From: Octopus bimaculoides
Lineage: Eukaryota
DNA length: 64,000 nt
Assembly: GCF_001194135.2 (NCBI RefSeq)
Contig: NC_069005.1
Span: 12,369,217 to 12,433,216, forward strand
Direction: 5' to 3'
Shown one piece after another: positions 62,678-64,000 of this stretch. The position numbers and the translations under genes are program-made. The notes beneath the pieces were generated by a model. That model was not told the DNA's origin. It ran no database searches and saw nothing but the letters and a program-made list of their open reading frames with translations. How positions within the stretch are numbered: the stretch's first letter is position 1; the number at the start of each line of letters is the position of its first letter.

Positions 62678-63754
62678 AGAATTAAGATTGTTAGAAGAAA
62701 ACGAATTGGGTTGGCTGTTCGATATATTAGTTAATATACAAATATGGAAATGAGAAAATAGAAATAAGCCAAAAGGAAGAACAGGCAGTGAATTTAAATA
62801 ATCCTTCTCAAGTTTGGAACCAAAACATCGAATAATTATTATGGCTACGTGCCAGCTTTCCAATATAATGCGAACACGGCCAGATAATACGCTCGTTTGA
62901 AATCCCAGCATCTCTCTTCTGGCCATTTCTTCACCAAACCCCAAATCACTGCTGCATCTAATCACTCTAAGTGTTTAATTAATCAAAGTCTTACACTGAT
63001 ATTACTAAAATGCGCACAGTGCATTCATGTGTGAATTCCTGTTTATGATATCGATCTCGTTTAAGTATTTACGTTTACTTAGTTATCTTAGAACAAAAGA
63101 GTCGGTTTATGATGAAAGTATTGAGAGACGAATGTAAAATAGTTTCCCTGCAAACAGGAAATTGATCGCTGTAATAGCACCATGCGATCAAACAACAAAT
63201 GTAAAGGTTAACTGGTCCTCCGAGGAAAGAGCAAGCTAGCAAGATCAAATTATATTGTCTATTACTGTGCAGCATTTTAGAGAGAGATTAGATTTATATC
63301 AATGAACAACGGGGTTAGGATAATACACCAACACATAAAAGCCTAAGATTTTGTCGAAAGCCACCAGAAATTTTATAGACACGGCCTTTATGGTAATATG
63401 TTAAATAGCAGAAGTAGAAATTGGCTTCTACATTTATTTGAAGCCAAAATATTGGTGTTTAACTGAAACATAAGGTAAGAGAGCCCTCAACAAAAAATTT
63501 ATCATCATATACTGTTACTGTTTTCCTATGTTCTGAGTTCTAAACACTCCTGTGTGAATTCTCCTCTTCAAATATCCTAGGTTATTCAATGAAGGATTTT
63601 CAATGTACAGACTCGAAAGACATACCTGGAGTGGTAAGATCTCGCGAATGTCGACGAAATGATTCTGACGTGCCAAGCTGATTGGTTGCGTGATAGAACA
63701 GAAAATCGAGCAATCTATTAGTTAACTTATTTAAAGTTCAACTCGGTGGTTAAT

Positions 63755-63975
63755 TATAATCTTTTTTAATATAGGCACAAGCCTGGAATTGTAGGAGAAA
63801 GAGGGTAGCCATTGCATTTTCCAGTGCTTGAATGGCATTTATTTTATCGATGTCGAAAAGTTCAAAGACAAAGTCGATTGCGGGGAAATTTGAACACAAA
63901 ACGCAAAGACGGACGAAATGCCACCAAGCATTTTGTCAGGCGTACTAACAGTTCTACCAGCTTGCTAACTTGGGG
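63755..63975 (-). mobile_element. SINE family A, diverged
   Basis: gacaaagtcgattgcggggaaatttgaacac...gacgaaatgccaccaagcattttg. Confidence 0.75.
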
Positions 63976-64000
63976 ATGATTGATTGTAATAAAAGAAGAG

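Overview
AT-rich, repeat-dense eukaryotic genomic DNA with many assembly gaps beside microsatellites. It reads as intronic or intergenic sequence. The tRNA-headed SINE families resemble, from memory, those of Octopus, so a coleoid cephalopod is the likely source; this was not database-verified. No intact host gene is recognisable, only a few splice-site-supported candidate exons. The window is a mosaic of decayed mobile elements: about 40 SINE copies or fragments from at least 4 families, three mariner relics plus a mariner MITE, a Tc1 relic with an IR/DR end, another IS630-Tc1-mariner relic, a hAT fragment, a Chapaev3-like relic, a Helentron-type non-autonomous element, RTE and L1/Tx1-type LINE pieces, and a Penelope-like fragment. 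Most notable observations: (i) two hammerhead-ribozyme-like folds (21552-21621 minus, next to the Penelope-like ORF; 23404-23471 plus); (ii) a 1.5-kb nested double foldback (28227-29742); (iii) an ORF1-only 'half-LINE' candidate (35329-36490); (iv) a head-to-tail SINE array with a recurring spacer motif (9541-11100); (v) an unclassified ~190-bp repeat that replaced a transposase catalytic motif. All alignments and identity figures were made by eye. Most long ORFs in the supplied track are artefacts of N-gaps and microsatellites.
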